Shown: positions 1 to 12,925, counted from the first letter of the stretch. The stretch is 64,000 nt of DNA from Psammoneis japonica (GCA_008632985.1 QPGO01000025.1:186001-250000), one strand, 5' to 3'. Translations and numbers: made by a program. The notes: generated from the sequence alone by a model not told the origin.

Positions 1-92
1 ATGACAATAAATTGCCTACTTCATCATCGCAGCAGCTATTCTCTAGAGTACGTTGCAAGTGTCATGCTCAAGTAGTGCCCTCCAAACAACCT

Positions 93-1042
93 CTAGTAAT
101 CCAACAGCAAATTCAACTCCTCACACGTAACTTCAACGTCGCCCATTCCAACCAAAGATCGATTGCCTTCTGTTGAATACTCGATTTCTGGTTCAGGTAA
201 TCCCACGTTTGCTTTCACTTCAAGTTTGACTTTCCATTGTTAGTGAGAGGCAGCTGCTTCGTAACAAATATCCCTTCCGCTACATTGATTGGGCTCAGTC
301 TCTCCGTTCGAAAGCCTACCTTTGCATAAGCCTTCATTGTACCAAGATCCACAGCTGCCCGAAAACGGAGCCTTGTCACCAAATCTTCCATGGGGCCACC
401 AACGCTGAGCTGCCATGATTTCTTCAGTTGAAGTTCTCGTCCTTTAAGAGTAAGCTTGCCACCAATAATATCATCTTGCCAGCTGCTTTTGAACTGCCAT
501 ACTCCCAACTGGGTATTGAATTCGGCTCCCAATCGCACAATTGTCTTGAGCGGGTAAAATGACTTTCGCAGTTTAATAGTAGTTGTAGGTTCACACTTGA
601 TTCGTATTGTCGGCCTTTTCTCGGAATGCCACCAGTCCTGAACAGATTGAAACACACCTGGTTTGCGTGTGCTCGGAACTGTTGAACGGTACGAACGCCG
701 TGTCGAACTTGAACTGTTTATTGTGTCCCGCCCTATTTTGTGACTTCGTCGCTTCTTGCGTCTCGACGGTAAAATATCACTTTCGTCCCAGCGAGAAGAG
801 TAGGGGAGGTCGGGTGGTGAAGAGCTGCTTTCCTGTCCTCCTCGCGTGTTGAACACATCCCTCGTGTCAAAAACGTCAAATTCGCGCCCAATTCCCAACC
901 ATCTGTCTTCATATTCATCATCCTTGTCGTGTTCGTATGGACGCCCGGGCAAGTTTCGTCTCGATGATGGCGTTTTGGCAATCACCAACGTTGTCAAGCA
1001 AAAGCTCACCGCCGGCGAGATCCATCTTTTTCGAGACAACAT
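93..1042 (-). CDS. Hypothetical protein with N-terminal signal-like segment; C-terminus needs two frameshifts
   Basis: 275-aa ORF 215..1042. Coding-like sequence continues in other frames (LEVKANVGLPEPEIEYSTEGNRSLVGMGDVEV, then ELNLLLDY-stop at 93-95), implying indels near 228 and 122. Confidence 0.6.
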
Positions 1043-1486
1043 ACCGTTGTGTTTTACAAGATTGAAGATGATACAGTGTTCGTTTCAGGTTCAGTTTCCT
1101 CACACTTCCAATAACTGCGAACAGATGCAGTTCTGTTATGCTCGTGGAAAGCAACAAGTTGTGATGCCTTCAAACACTGTCAACGTCTTTGACAACACGA
1201 AGGCAAAGCGGCAGAATGATAAGGAGGGGCGCCCAACTCCACAATCAACAACCCAAACGCCAAACGCACGCGTAAACGCGCTTGCTGTTGCCGCCAGCGG
1301 CCAGCGCACGCGCCGCAAGCGAAAAGAGATCTCAGAAGACGAAATGGTAATCGGAAATGGAGAGATGAACACCAGCAAGCGTCAAACTAGGTTATACATT
1401 AAAAAACCCTATTTCCTCGCATTTCATTGTGTATTGGTTTACTACTCTTGTTGCAGCAACAGCATTCAGCTGCTCTACATTCATCT

Positions 1487-2026
1487 TCAATCGTCGCTGC
1501 AATAGTCGTCACCCTTGATTGTCTTTTCTACAAGTTTCAACAATTTGGTGGGTACCTCGTCACCACATTCCCATTCAAAGCACCCATCGCAACTTGAAAC
1601 GACCGTCTCGAAGGCATCGTCATTTTTCGATGACGATCGGAGCAGATACCCTGATTGGTTGCCACCAAAGACTGCATACCAGTAGTAAAATGTAACAGCT
1701 CCCACCTTTTCGCTGTTTGTCACCTCCAACTCCTTGTAACCCATAATACCATTATCAAGGTAACGATCCTTGAAACAATCTTGAATCGTCTTTGCATCAC
1801 CCCAGTAGCAGTCCTTCATGACGTGACCCAACTGCGCAATCTGCGCTTGATCAAGTTGAGATTCCTTTCGAATCGTCTGCTCCTTCCGAACCCCAAGCAC
1901 GATTCCGACACCTCGGGAAAGCTCTCCCTCCAAGACTTTGTAGTCATCGTTTGCACTCATATCAATTGTCCCAGCGACTTCTCTTGGCTGTCGCAAGCGA
2001 TTGGCGATCGATGTTGAATGTGTCAA
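1487..2026 (-). CDS. Hypothetical protein (179 aa)
   Basis: Uninterrupted ORF with normal composition including Tyr. A degraded paralogue lies at ~29760-30020. Confidence 0.6.
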   Translation of the reverse strand: MTHSTSIANRLRQPREVAGTIDMSANDDYKVLEGELSRGVGIVLGVRKEQTIRKESQLDQAQIAQLGHVMKDCYWGDAKTIQDCFKDRYLDNGIMGYKELEVTNSEKVGAVTFYYWYAVFGGNQSGYLLRSSSKNDDAFETVVSSCDGCFEWECGDEVPTKLLKLVEKTIKGDDYCSDD

Positions 2027-2552
2027 ACGTCGTGTTCTTCAAATCTGGCGGAATCATCATCCCAAAAGATTTCCCGCCAAATTTGGTCGCATTTCACGGC
2101 TGAAAACACGTCTGAAAGATTGCCACAGAGAATGGTCACCAAGTTCAACATTACGACTTGCGGTATCGGTAGATGACAAGGACATTGGAACTGCCTGGCA
2201 TCATCCTTGTCGCTTACTATCTCAGACTAGCCACTGAAAATTGATTAACAAAAAGAATGAAGTCGCTTTGGATGAACCCGTTTCTGTTTTGCTGCTTTCG
2301 ACTTGATCTTGAGGCGGTAGGTAGAAGCTTTTGTTGTGTTGCCTCAAAAGCGCACCTTCCGGACTCGCAATTTCAGGACTGAAACAAATATAGCACCTAA
2401 ACAAGGGAAAGCTGGAGTGAACCAGAAGTTAAATGAACTGATAAGTTCTACAAATCGCGGGAGGTCGTGTTCCAAAGAACAGCAAGTGGAGATGAGCAAT
2501 GGCTAGAACGACTCGACGCCATGTCTACATTCGACGAACCGAACCGCTCTCC
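1750..2552 (+). repeat. Segmental duplication, copy 1 (partner ~29800-30599)
   Basis: Co-linear matches in both places, e.g. aaacaatcttgaatc..tttgcatcacccca, gagcaatggctagaacgactcgacgcc, cattcgacgaaccgaaccgctctcc. Confidence 0.95.
2257..2552 (+). pseudogene. Truncated 5' copy of the fibrillin/PAP gene
   Basis: Matches 30298-30599 with indels. Similarity stops abruptly after EPNRSP. Confidence 0.85.
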
Positions 2553-3428
2553 TGGGACAGACTCGTGGATACAAACGATGTTGGGCCCAGCGGAGTGCCG
2601 ATCACAGAGGAACACCAGGTGCATTCACATGCCTTGCCGCGGGTCGCAGCATGACAAAATAATCGCCACTCTATTACCATTTCATTCGGTTGTTAAACAG
2701 CTGTAAAAAACACACCTCTTCAAACGTGACCACTTGGAATGTGTTTCTCTTTCAATGTCCTTACGACACACGAAATTGCCACTTATTCAAACCCACCTTG
2801 AACGAAAGGGCTTCCCGCAACAAGAGCGCAAGTGTCAACACGAAAACTCGCAGAAGAAGAGACATAGTTCGCAAGAAAAAATCCAGCGGATTGATCACAG
2901 TGAGCCTTTCCGGAAATGCAATAGATAGAAACAGCTTGTAAGGGAGGAGAAGAAGTAAGTGAAGAGTAGAGCGAGATGCGATGCGAAACGTGAAGCCTAC
3001 ACACTCTCCATCGTGTGCACTGCTGGTGCGTCATGGGAGTGCCTTTGCTTTTGATAAGATCAAGGATAGGGAGCGTCCAACGTGTAACGTGACTGAGTTC
3101 CAAGTTGCAACGAGTACCTCGCATGGTGTACGGCAGTGTCAGACCAACCAGATAAAGGCTCCACCTTCTTAGTCCAAACCCAAAACCATTCTTCATCGCC
3201 CGCTCACTGAAAACTAGTTTTGACTCCATCTTTTTCATCGTCTGATGCATGATAGTGTACTGTGCCGCTCCTATTGGCTTCGGTTGAGTCCTGGACTTGA
3301 TCCTGTGGAGTTGGATAAACTACTTCTATTATTTCCTGTATAGCATCTGTCTTGTTGTCAGTGTTCACTGCCCTTGATCAAACTGTTACATGCAAGCAGC
3401 AAAGAGTTAGCCATGATATATTCTCTTT

Positions 3429-3496
3429 GGTATTCGTATGCTCACGAAAGAATTACGGGTTGGGTATTCGTATGCTCACGAAAGAATTACGGGTTG
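3429..3496. repeat. Perfect 34-bp tandem duplication
   Basis: ggtattcgtatgctcacgaaagaattacgggttg x2. Confidence 0.95.
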
Positions 3497-6219
3497 GAAA
3501 AATGAAAATCCCGATAAAGGCTAGGACAGTCAGCACAGAATTAGCGCTCATCCATTCGAATTACATTGCAAAAAATTAAACCGAAAGACACCACGACCAA
3601 TGCTTTCTTTTTAGAACAAGGAATAGGGGCCTACGGTTTTTTCCCGAGTTCTTGAAAAAGCGTGCGATTGCTGTTGCGTGCTGCATTGGATGTAATCAAT
3701 GCATGATGATGTTGTGTTTTTGCTGCTGTCCTTGCCGCTGTCATGTGTCATGGGTCATGGCTGTCAGATTGGAAATGCGAGCGGTTCCCGGTTCCCGCGC
3801 CCGCCACACAACGCATCACCCACGCCGTGCGCCGGATTGCATTGAGTCGTGGGTCGTGGGTGGCCTTTTGGGTCGTGGGCGTCGGCGTGCGGCGTGGGGC
3901 GTGCGGCGTGAGGCGTGAGGCGTCGTGCGCAGGGCGTCGTGCGCGGCACTCTCCATCTTGAGTCTATGCGTCGACCGTACCGCGCGCGCTTCGCACAGCC
4001 GCCCCGGACCACCTGATAGACTTTCAGAGAATTCAGACAGACGGTGGCGAAAAATGTGTTCCGGTGCTCTTCTGGATTTGGCTCAATGGCTCAATGTGCA
4101 CAGCACAGAGCTTTCCACACCACGAAACACACCAGAAAATGATCGGTGTCGTCGGTGCATTGACAGCCGCACCTTGTGCCGCTTGCAAGTCGTTGTAAGA
4201 TGTGTTGACAAAGTGCACCATGTCTTTGGAATGGCAAAAGTTGGAAATTGTGTTGTTCACATTTGCCCAATGCTGATTGTGTGTGAGATTGCATGTTTTT
4301 CGGTTGTCACACTGACACGGTGCTTCTTTTCATTGTTTTCTTCAACTCGCTTCAACTCGCGCATTTGTCCATTTAAAGTCATGCATCTGAAAGCGCTTTT
4401 GAGCCAGAGTCCATTTTGCATCAACGTGCAAGTGTTGTCATGCTCTGATGAGGATTTGTTGTGTTCAGCTTTTTCTTCAAAATGTGGCGGCGCTTGCCAA
4501 TGGTGCTCTTTCTCTTTGTGGTGAATGCCCCACAGCTCCAAATGCCAAGACAGCACGTTGTTCATCAACATGTGTCAAAGATGGCACTGAACCGCAGCTT
4601 TGACAACCAAGGTGTGTCATGGACTCAGCTTCTGCACACGTGGCGATGCTTGCAAATCCCATCTTTTTGCATGGTTTCATGACAGTTGCCTCGATTTCTT
4701 GTGATTTAGAATGAAAAATGCCACTCTGACAACTCCAGCTCTGCTGCTGAGCATCACAGCTGAGGTTTTGCAACAGCAGAGATGCTGTTTGCATCTGATT
4801 GACTCACCATCTTGTGCTTTCCTCAAGCAGCTTTCTCAGGGGTGTGAAACAGATGGGCGACATGGAGATTTGTGAGATGTTCCACCGGTGGATTGGTTGT
4901 CTTCTGCAATTGGGGAGCAGCCTCCCACAATGTTTCGTCATCACAGGTGAGCCCCACATTGTCATCTGCCATGCCCCAATGCAGAGCAACACCACCCTTT
5001 GTGGGTTTGCTCATGGAGGGGAGCAGCATGCATTCCAACCTCCCTGCCACCCTCTTTCAAGTCACCCAGGGCCCTGTCAGTTCAAGCTCATCATGACAGC
5101 ACTCATTTCTGCACCAATGTTTCTGCATGATCTCTTTTTGGTGCTCAGCGTTGGCATGGCCGTTGTTGCACCGGGAGAGTCATCCTCTGACAACAAGCAG
5201 AAAGTCAAAGGATGCTGCTGCTCAGTCACTCAAGACAGACAGAAGGGATTGGCTGAAAGCCTCAGCAGAAACTTGCAACAAATTTCCAGTCAAAGCGAGG
5301 TGATCTGTCAGTGACAAAAGACCTGGGCTAGAGAATTTTGCAGCTTGTGAATTGTGTTCTGTGAAATCTGTTGTTTGCAAGAAAACATGGGTGGCAAAAG
5401 ATCTTGTGCGAGCATTCCTTCAATCTTTTTCTGATCCTGTCACATTGGATGAGCTCCCATCCCCTTGCAACACATGGGCTCTGTTGTTGCCAGTGCACCA
5501 ACACCGCCCATGACAAGCACTGTGTCAATTCCGTGGGTGGTTCCTCCATCAACTGAGCATCTGCTTGACTGGACACAGTTTCAGCCTGTGTTGTTCTCTT
5601 GCTAAAAATCTTTGTTCGTGGCAAGAAAACATTGCAAATGAATCATCAACAAGGCTCTCAAGTGCAGAGCCCTTGGCTTCTCACAGTTGCACCGTGTTGG
5701 TGCACGGTCATTGCAGGGGGCTCGTTTTTGCATCATTCTGCACTTTTTCATTCATTGTTTTTTGCAGCAGCATTCCACATCATCGTTTGTGCCACTGTGG
5801 CCAGTTTGCTCCATCTGACAGCAGCAGATGGTGTCATGGTGTGTTTTGCCATGGAATCATCATCTCACTGGTTTCGACACGTGTGGCGCATTGGATTGAA
5901 ATGCTCCATTTTCAATTTTTCAGGGTGGCATGTCCCACAATTGAAACAATTGACAGATGAGTGATCTGCCAAGTGCAGCACCGGCCATCCGCAAGAGCAC
6001 CGGAACACATCGTCTGCATGCAACCCTGGTGCATCATCTGTCTGAATTCTCTGAGAGTCTGTGGACAGTCCGGAGGCATGCAAAGTGCACAACACACAAC
6101 CAATGGACAGACAGAGACTCACGATGGACAGTGGTGGCTTGGGGCATGTGGCATGTGGCTTGGGGTGCAGCAGTGCACACTGTGTGTGGCATCATGCATG
6201 CCACATGTGCGGTGTGCAG

Positions 6220-8361
6220 AGGGTCTCACACTTGTGCCTGGGCAGCCCAGCTGTGGCCCAGCCAACTCTGCCAACTGTGGCTGCCTGTCCCTCCTGTGGC
6301 CATTGTCTGTGACATGTTGAATCAGAGGGACAGCACACTCAATCACAATGTCAGAGGAACATGACAAGCATGCAACTGCCGCACACAGACACACACAAAT
6401 GCTGAAGGACAACATGCTGAACCAGCCAGACCACCTTTGCCTCTTCATGGTCCATCACATGTCACTGCTGTCCTTTCTTCCCTCTTGTCTCCTCTCACCA
6501 GCCTCCCGCTGCACTCACTTGCCAGCTCTGTTCCTGCCCAATGTCTTCCCTCCACATCTTCCACAGCTGAGATGGTCTGCAATGCAAGCTCTGCCTCCCC
6601 ACACCAGCCAACCAACAAACTTCCATCTCCCGCCCTTCTTGTGCAGGCACTTCCAACCCCCAAAGTGACCATGCCTTTTGCTGTCACTCCCTGGGACACA
6701 AAACCACCCTTTTCAATGCCACATGCAATGGCCTTTGTGCCATCCTCCAAACTGTTGGCCTGCTCTCCGGCTTTCCCTTTGTGACAGTGACTCCCTCCTC
6801 TGACACAAGCTCTCATGTCAAGAAAACACACAAGCAGCCATGAGCCATGAGCCACTCTCCTGCCTGCTCCCACCCCTTCCAGCTGCAAGACAATGCCTGC
6901 TTGCAGCGCAGAAGAGTCACTTTCAAATGGCAGCAAACAAGATGGTGACATCATTTTTGGCCTGATGGCTCCTTCTCAAAAAGCACCTGACACCAGCACA
7001 AGCAATGAGAGGCTGTTGTCATCACCAAGGCCATTGCACCAGCAGTCAGGCAGCAAAGGATGTTTGTGTTTCAGTTTCCTGGTGTCTTTGAGAAGGCAGC
7101 TGGTGAGTGCATTTGATCTGCCTGCATTTGATCTGCCTGAATTTGCACTTGTTCATGTCATTTGAATCGAAATCTAACTCCATCATGCGTTCTCAAATCA
7201 GATGCACTGGCACTTTTCAAAGGCAAACTGCCAGAAGGAGGGTTCAGCATTTCTGTTGCAAATCAACCACCTGCATTGAGTGCCAACAAAACAAGTCATC
7301 CAAGGACAAAGCATGGCATGACCAATGCAATGAATCCGCGAGCTCCAAGAATGATGCCATCAAGTTGGAAGTGGCAATGGAGAACCACAAGACAGAGCAT
7401 CACTTTGCTGTCATCCTGCAAAAGAAGATTGAGGAAAGATGCAGCTGGCGAGTGCAATGATGGCAGCAATGCAACCAGAGAGCAGCACCTCATTTCTAGA
7501 AATCTGTGAGACTGACAAAAATCAAAAACAAAAAAGAGATGTGTGTGCATTTGAGTCTCCAGCTCAAATGAGATTCAGGACAAAAAAGTGTGACTTGGGT
7601 GCAACATGAACTGCAGCATGTGTGTTGGAGACTGGACAGAGTTCTGGCCCATCAGAATGCAAGCTGCACAGATGTGTGACATGCACAACCAGAGTCAAAT
7701 CAAAACTTCAGTGGATCATCTGTTTGTTGTTTTTGGGTTGATTGATTGAGTTCCTGGAAATTGCATCCCAGTGCCAACCACCATCTTGGGGAAAATTGGA
7801 CGGCTTTTTTTGGCAGCATTTTGAGATTTTGCAAAGCTTGTTCCCTTGCCAAACTTCATGTTGGTCCTGTGTTTGTTGCAACAGAGCTTGTTTGCACAAT
7901 GCACAGTGGCCCCATGGCTTTTTTTATGAGCATTTGCTTGGCTCTCAGTGCCACGTCATCACAACGGGTGGGTGCTGGGTGCCAAACAATGCACATTGAT
8001 GCATGCCATTTTTGTGTGCCAGGCACCCTGCACAGCAATCAGCTGCAGGCACCTGGCTGCCCCTGAGTGCAAATGTGTGCTTGTCATCCTGGCATCTGAG
8101 TTGTGGGTGATGGGTGGAAGGGCTGGTTGTGGACATGTTGGCATCATGCACAGGGCATGTTGGCACATGGCTTTGGGCATCATGTGCATGGCATGTGGGG
8201 TGTGTGGTGCACAGCATGGGGCATTGTGTGCATGGTGCATGGCATGTGGCATGGGGCATTGTGCCCACATGGCACGCAGGGTCTCACACTTGTGCCGGCA
8301 CATGCCAGCCATGGAACTTTGCCAGCCATGGCCAGCCACTTGTCCTCCTGTGGCCATTGTC
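6220..8361 (+). repeat. Dispersed bipartite repeat, two copies
   Basis: agggtctcacacttgtgcc at 6220-6238 and 8278-8296; cctcctgtggccattgtc at 6290-6307 and 8344-8361. Each copy is preceded by ggcatg/ggcgtg-type arrays. Confidence 0.85.
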
Positions 8362-10564
8362 AGCACCATGCTCATGAAGCCATGCATGGCCAAGAAGCTC
8401 AAAGCTGCCAAAGCTGCGCTGGCATGTTTTCAACCCAGGCGGGTCACTCGGGGGGACAACACACAAGGTTTTCTGCACATTTCTGTCACGCAGAACTGTG
8501 CCCAATTTTCAAGCTCCAGCATTGCTTCACTTCTTTCTCATGCTGGTGCTGCCATGTGAAATTGTCACTTTCAAATGCAGCATGCTCCAGCTCAAAGTGG
8601 GAGCTTGCAGCACATGACACAATTGCTTTTGTCATCCATTGCATGTTTCGCACACACACACTTCTCTGTGTGTCCTCTTCCACAGAATTGTCCACACTCA
8701 CTGTTTTGCAAAGCCCAAGACTTTTTGTTTTCAATGCATTCACAGAAACAACAATGAGTGCCAAGTGCATTCTTTGATGTCTGAAAAATGTGCTTGGACA
8801 AACAAGAAACAATGTGCTTTAATGTCAGACAATTTCAATCATTTGCAAAGTTGCCTCTTGTTCTGTTGGTGACCATTGTTGACACATTCCTTGTTGCTCA
8901 ACAATTTTGCTGCAGAGGTTGCACACAGAATTCTGTGGACCCAACCAGCGTCACATGGATTCCCACCCCCCACATCTGGAGCACATCTTGCACACAGTCA
9001 CCTGCCAGGGCTGCAAAGGCAAGAATGAAGGCACTGATCAACTGTTGAGCTGGCAAGTCAATGTCAACAAAAGGGAACCTTGTTTGGCTGTGCTGCTTGG
9101 TGCAATTGCTTGGTTGCTTGCAGTGGCCATGGGTTGCCCAGAAGTTGTCAATGCAAACTTCAAACTTGCAGCACAACAGACACCCAGCAGCGCCGAGTGC
9201 AAAATCATGTGAGTCAAATGATTCACTCCAAAAAGCAAGATGAGCGGAGAGGTGAGAGAGATTGGTGAAAATGAAATCTCAGTCACAAAGAGTTGCCAAA
9301 TTTGCCACATCAGGAGCCCCACATCTTTTCTTCAATCCACCCAGGTGTCTTGCAATTTCCCACCATGACCCAGACATTCCAGCACACTTCTGCTGCTCCA
9401 ACCAGTGCAATGCCAGCCTGCTTTGCATCCAGGGAAATCTGATCCCTGTGTGGAATGTTGGCAACAATGTCACCATGCACATTGGCTGTGTGGTCAACCA
9501 TGTTGTTGAATGAGCATGCAATGCTTCACACATGCTTCACACATGCTCCGCACAAGCACACAAGCACAGTGAGTTCTCTCTCTTGCAACTTTGCTGCATG
9601 GACCAACAATCTGGCCCTTGATCCAACCATTGTCACCTCAGAAGTCAACTCAAAGAACTCCATTCTGTTGCAAGCTCACCAAATGCATCCATGCCACAGG
9701 CAGGACAACTGACCAACAACAACATCAGCAGCTCATTGACAACGCATCTGTCTGGGGCAAACTGCAACACATTGCCCTGCAATCCTGCTGTGTTGCTGTC
9801 ATCTGCACATGATGCTTGATGACGCAACAGTTGCAATCTTCACAGAAACACCTCCAGGCACAACTTCCAACAATTTGCCAAAATTCTTTGGTCTTGTGTG
9901 CCTCCACACCATGCAGCTCAATTTCAGACAACAGCCTTAGATCATCATGAAGGGAGAACATTGGCACAGTGGCAGACAAATGTTTGTGCACTTTGGGGCT
10001 CCAGACTCCTGCAATCTCCTGTGTGCCCTGCATTGAGCTGCACCTCTTCATCCACAGGTCCTGCCACATGGCCTCAAATGATGACAGATCTTCAGGTGAC
10101 CATGGATGAATGTGCTCCCTCCTCTCTCAATCTCCAGATGCATCAGATGCAGATCCAATGCATTGCAGCAGAGGTGTGGGTCTTGTCTCAAATTGCAGTG
10201 GCTGCCATCATTGAACCATTTGATCTCATCTGTTGCCACACTCAAAGAATTGTCTGGGACTTCTTGTCTTCTCTTGACCATCACATCTCCCAGCCTCTTG
10301 AACTTGTCCCAACAGTGCCACAATGCTGTTGCACTGTCATGTTGTGCAGTGCACTGTGCTCATCTTTGCCAGGCTTCCTTGTGATCATCAACGCTGTGGC
10401 CAATGTTTGTGCTGAAGAACAAAACGCCAATGGAACAAGTTGTGACCGGCCAAACCTTGCAGTGCATGACATCTTCCAGGTTTCAGGGTTCTTTCCTCAC
10501 ATTCTCATTGGATGTCACAAACAGGAAGCACTCCTGTCATGCCTGAAGTTGACAGCCCTTGATG

Positions 10565-12430
10565 GCTCACTCAAACTTTCAGAGCTTCTTGCACTGCAAT
10601 GGCAGTCCAGTCTTGCATGAAGTCTTCAAGCACACCATTGGCAGGAGAGCGCTGTGCTTTTAGACTGCCCTTCTCACTCTGATTGGTGACAAAAAGTGCT
10701 GGTGAACATTGAGTGCTCTGGACAACTTTCCAGCATTCCTGCACCCACCAGTCTCCAAAATGGTGCAGCACTCTTGTTGTCCTGATGCATGATGTTTTTG
10801 TCAACTGGGCGCCATTGATGCTCCATGAATGACTTTGTCCACAGGATCATGGCTGTTGCATCATCAATCCCTGCAAGTTCTGCTTCAGGTGTTGAGCTTC
10901 TGGTGTTTTGACATTGCCTGCACTGCTCCATTCTCCATGGTCACAACTCCTCCTGTGCAGCTCTCAAAGTCTGAACAGCGCACCTCAAATGATTCACCCA
11001 CATGCCACTTGACAGCTGGGGAGGTCATTTGCACTCAATGTGGCATCTTCATTTTGTGCTTGGGGCTCAAATTCTTGAGACAACAACTGGCTTTCCCCAG
11101 CGCTTGTTGGCAGGCTCTCTGACCCGTGCACACCACCATGCAGCAACAGCAGGGCGCACATCCACATGTGGCCTCTCTTGGACATGAATGGCTCCTTGGC
11201 CACCCACACATGGAATGTCTTTGCTTTCTTGGTTGGTGATCTCATGCCACCAGCATCAAACAGGTTCTCTCCAGCTGGCATCATGGCAGCATCTGCACTC
11301 TTGATCTCTTCTGAGAACTGATTGATCATCTTGTCAACACAGTTGGTGGTTGTGTTGACCTTCGCCTTTTGTTCCCTGTGGCTGCAGCCCAGGGTCCTTC
11401 CAAGGTGGCCACCACCCTTCTTTGCTCATGATGTTGCAATGACATTTTGCCACAGCTCCCATGCATCTTGTTTGGCCAGCTCAAAAGTTTGTCAGCGGTG
11501 CTTTTGGGTCCTCATTGTGGCTTGCCAATGGGTCATCCATGTGGAAACGCACAGTGTGGTGCTTGCCATTGACCACTCAATTGGCAACACATGGATTGCA
11601 TGGGTTGAACTCAAACTCTGTCTTCTTCAAGAAGCATTTGAAAAATTATTTGCACTGCAGCAGAGCTGCGGCTGACATGCTGTGTGCAGCTCTGATGACT
11701 TGGGTTCTTGCAGAGGACACTCTTCCCCTTTTCCACAACCACATGTGGTCCACATGGGTTGGGGTCAATGCTGGTTGGCATGTCAACCAACACTCCTGTG
11801 AGATCTTCATCATGATCTGGTCTTTGCCTTCCTCAGGCTCCAAGATCAAGGTCTGTGCAAACGCGCTCGGCACATTGGCGCTCATCACATCATGCTCTTG
11901 CTCAGCTTCAACCACAGCTGTCATCAGCATTCCTTCTGATGCTGCTGCCAGACCAGCTGACTCATCCTTGTCCAGCCATTCTCTGGTCAGTTTTCCACTG
12001 CAAAACATTTGCCCTTTCTCATGTTGCCATTTGTTTCTCCGTCAGGAACATCGGAGCAACCACAACCTTGGTCCTCTCACTCAGAGTCATGTCCTTCACT
12101 GATGCCAGTGCAAAGCACACTTGGCTGTGCAGTTGTTCAATCACTTTCTCTCAAGCATCATGCCCCCTCTGGCCAAATGCTTTTGGGCCTTCATGCAGCA
12201 AACATTGTTGAGCAAAGGAAACACCCTTTCCTGGTTGGAGTCGGTCATCAATCTCACAGCACGTGATTGTGCCAGCAGCACCATTGCTGTTTCTGCATTG
12301 CACTCAATGTTGTCCTTTGGATTGGGGCTCATGTTTGTTTGTAAATGATGGCAGTGTTGAGCTTGTTTTGCTCTTGTTCCATTTCATCAGAGTGTGCCAT
12401 CCCTGCAAATCAAACCTTCTTTTCCTGTGT
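10565..12430 (-). mobile_element. Degenerate Ty1/copia (diatom CoDi-type) pol fragment: RT and RNase H
   Basis: Remnant motifs across frameshifts: GKLTREWLDKDESA..ANVPSAFAQT..IMMKI (RT), PAGENLF..FHVWVAK, and NTRSSTPEAELAGIDD..ILWTKSFMEHQ..KNIMHQDNKSA (copia RNase H, canonical YQDNKS). Confidence 0.9.
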
Positions 12431-12565
12431 TCACATGATTTGATGTTGAAGGATGCACCAAAGGTTGCACCGCTCCAGTGGTTTTTCTGCCAGATGCAGC
12501 TCTTGCCTTTTCCTCCAATCTTTGTCCTTCCCATCTCTTGTCTTCTTGGGATTCATCATCATTTT

Positions 12566-12824
12566 CACCAAGTGGACTGAAGTGTGCTCTTTCGATTGCC
12601 TCTCAATCGAACATGTTTCCGGGTGTTGCACAGTGCGACACATCGGCAATGTGAGTGCCAATTTCACATTTCCCTTGTCCTGTGGATTTGATCAATAAGG
12701 CGTCATCAAAATCTTTGGCATCTATTTGGTCTACGGTAAATGTTGTGTCCTTGGTGAACTTTGTCGGGATTTTCTGAGCAGGTTTTTCGACCGCATCGGG
12801 AAATTTGAATTGCAAGCCAAACTC
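12566..12824 (-). pseudogene. rnr: Bacterial-type RNase R (RNB domain) fragment
   Basis: EFGLQFKFPDAVEK..TTFTVDQIDAKDFDDAL..GKCEIGTHIADVSHC..PG..D*EAIERA/TSVHLV matches the RNase II/R motifs DAKDFDDA, HIADVSHY and RATSVYLV. One stop, one frameshift and an apparent internal deletion. Confidence 0.85.
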
Positions 12825-12925
12825 GCACCCGGATGTTTCAATAAAAATTGCGTGAAACAACCACTGGTTTACCGGTATATATTTTTATTACATACCATGT
12901 ATGAACCAAAAATTTACGAGTTTAC

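Larger units (their letters stand above)
3700..12690. other. TpA-depleted island A (CpG also depleted in the core); nested transposon relics
   Basis: Only a handful of TA dinucleotides in ~9 kb. ORF translations in all six frames nearly lack Tyr and are rich in Cys/His. Confidence 0.9.

Noticed and set aside
846..1505. 219-aa plus-strand ORF and other antisense ORFs over host genes (e.g. 30264-30941, 42116-42983)
   Set aside because: Shadow ORFs opposite better-supported genes, with no domain features.
2783..3250. 155-aa minus-strand ORF
   Set aside because: No recognisable domain or other support.
8900..10560. Possible further transposase (Tc1- or PIF-like) on the minus strand
   Set aside because: Coding-like, but no motif could be recognised with confidence.
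3652..12580. Dozens of overlapping Cys/His-rich ORFs as real genes (e.g. metal-binding proteins)
   Set aside because: They occur in all six frames and are explained by loss of TAA/TAG stops and TA>TG/CA conversion.
3700..12690. Classical fungal RIP or plain CpG decay as the full explanation
   Set aside because: RIP increases TpA, and CpG decay does not remove it. TA loss also occurs where CpG survives.
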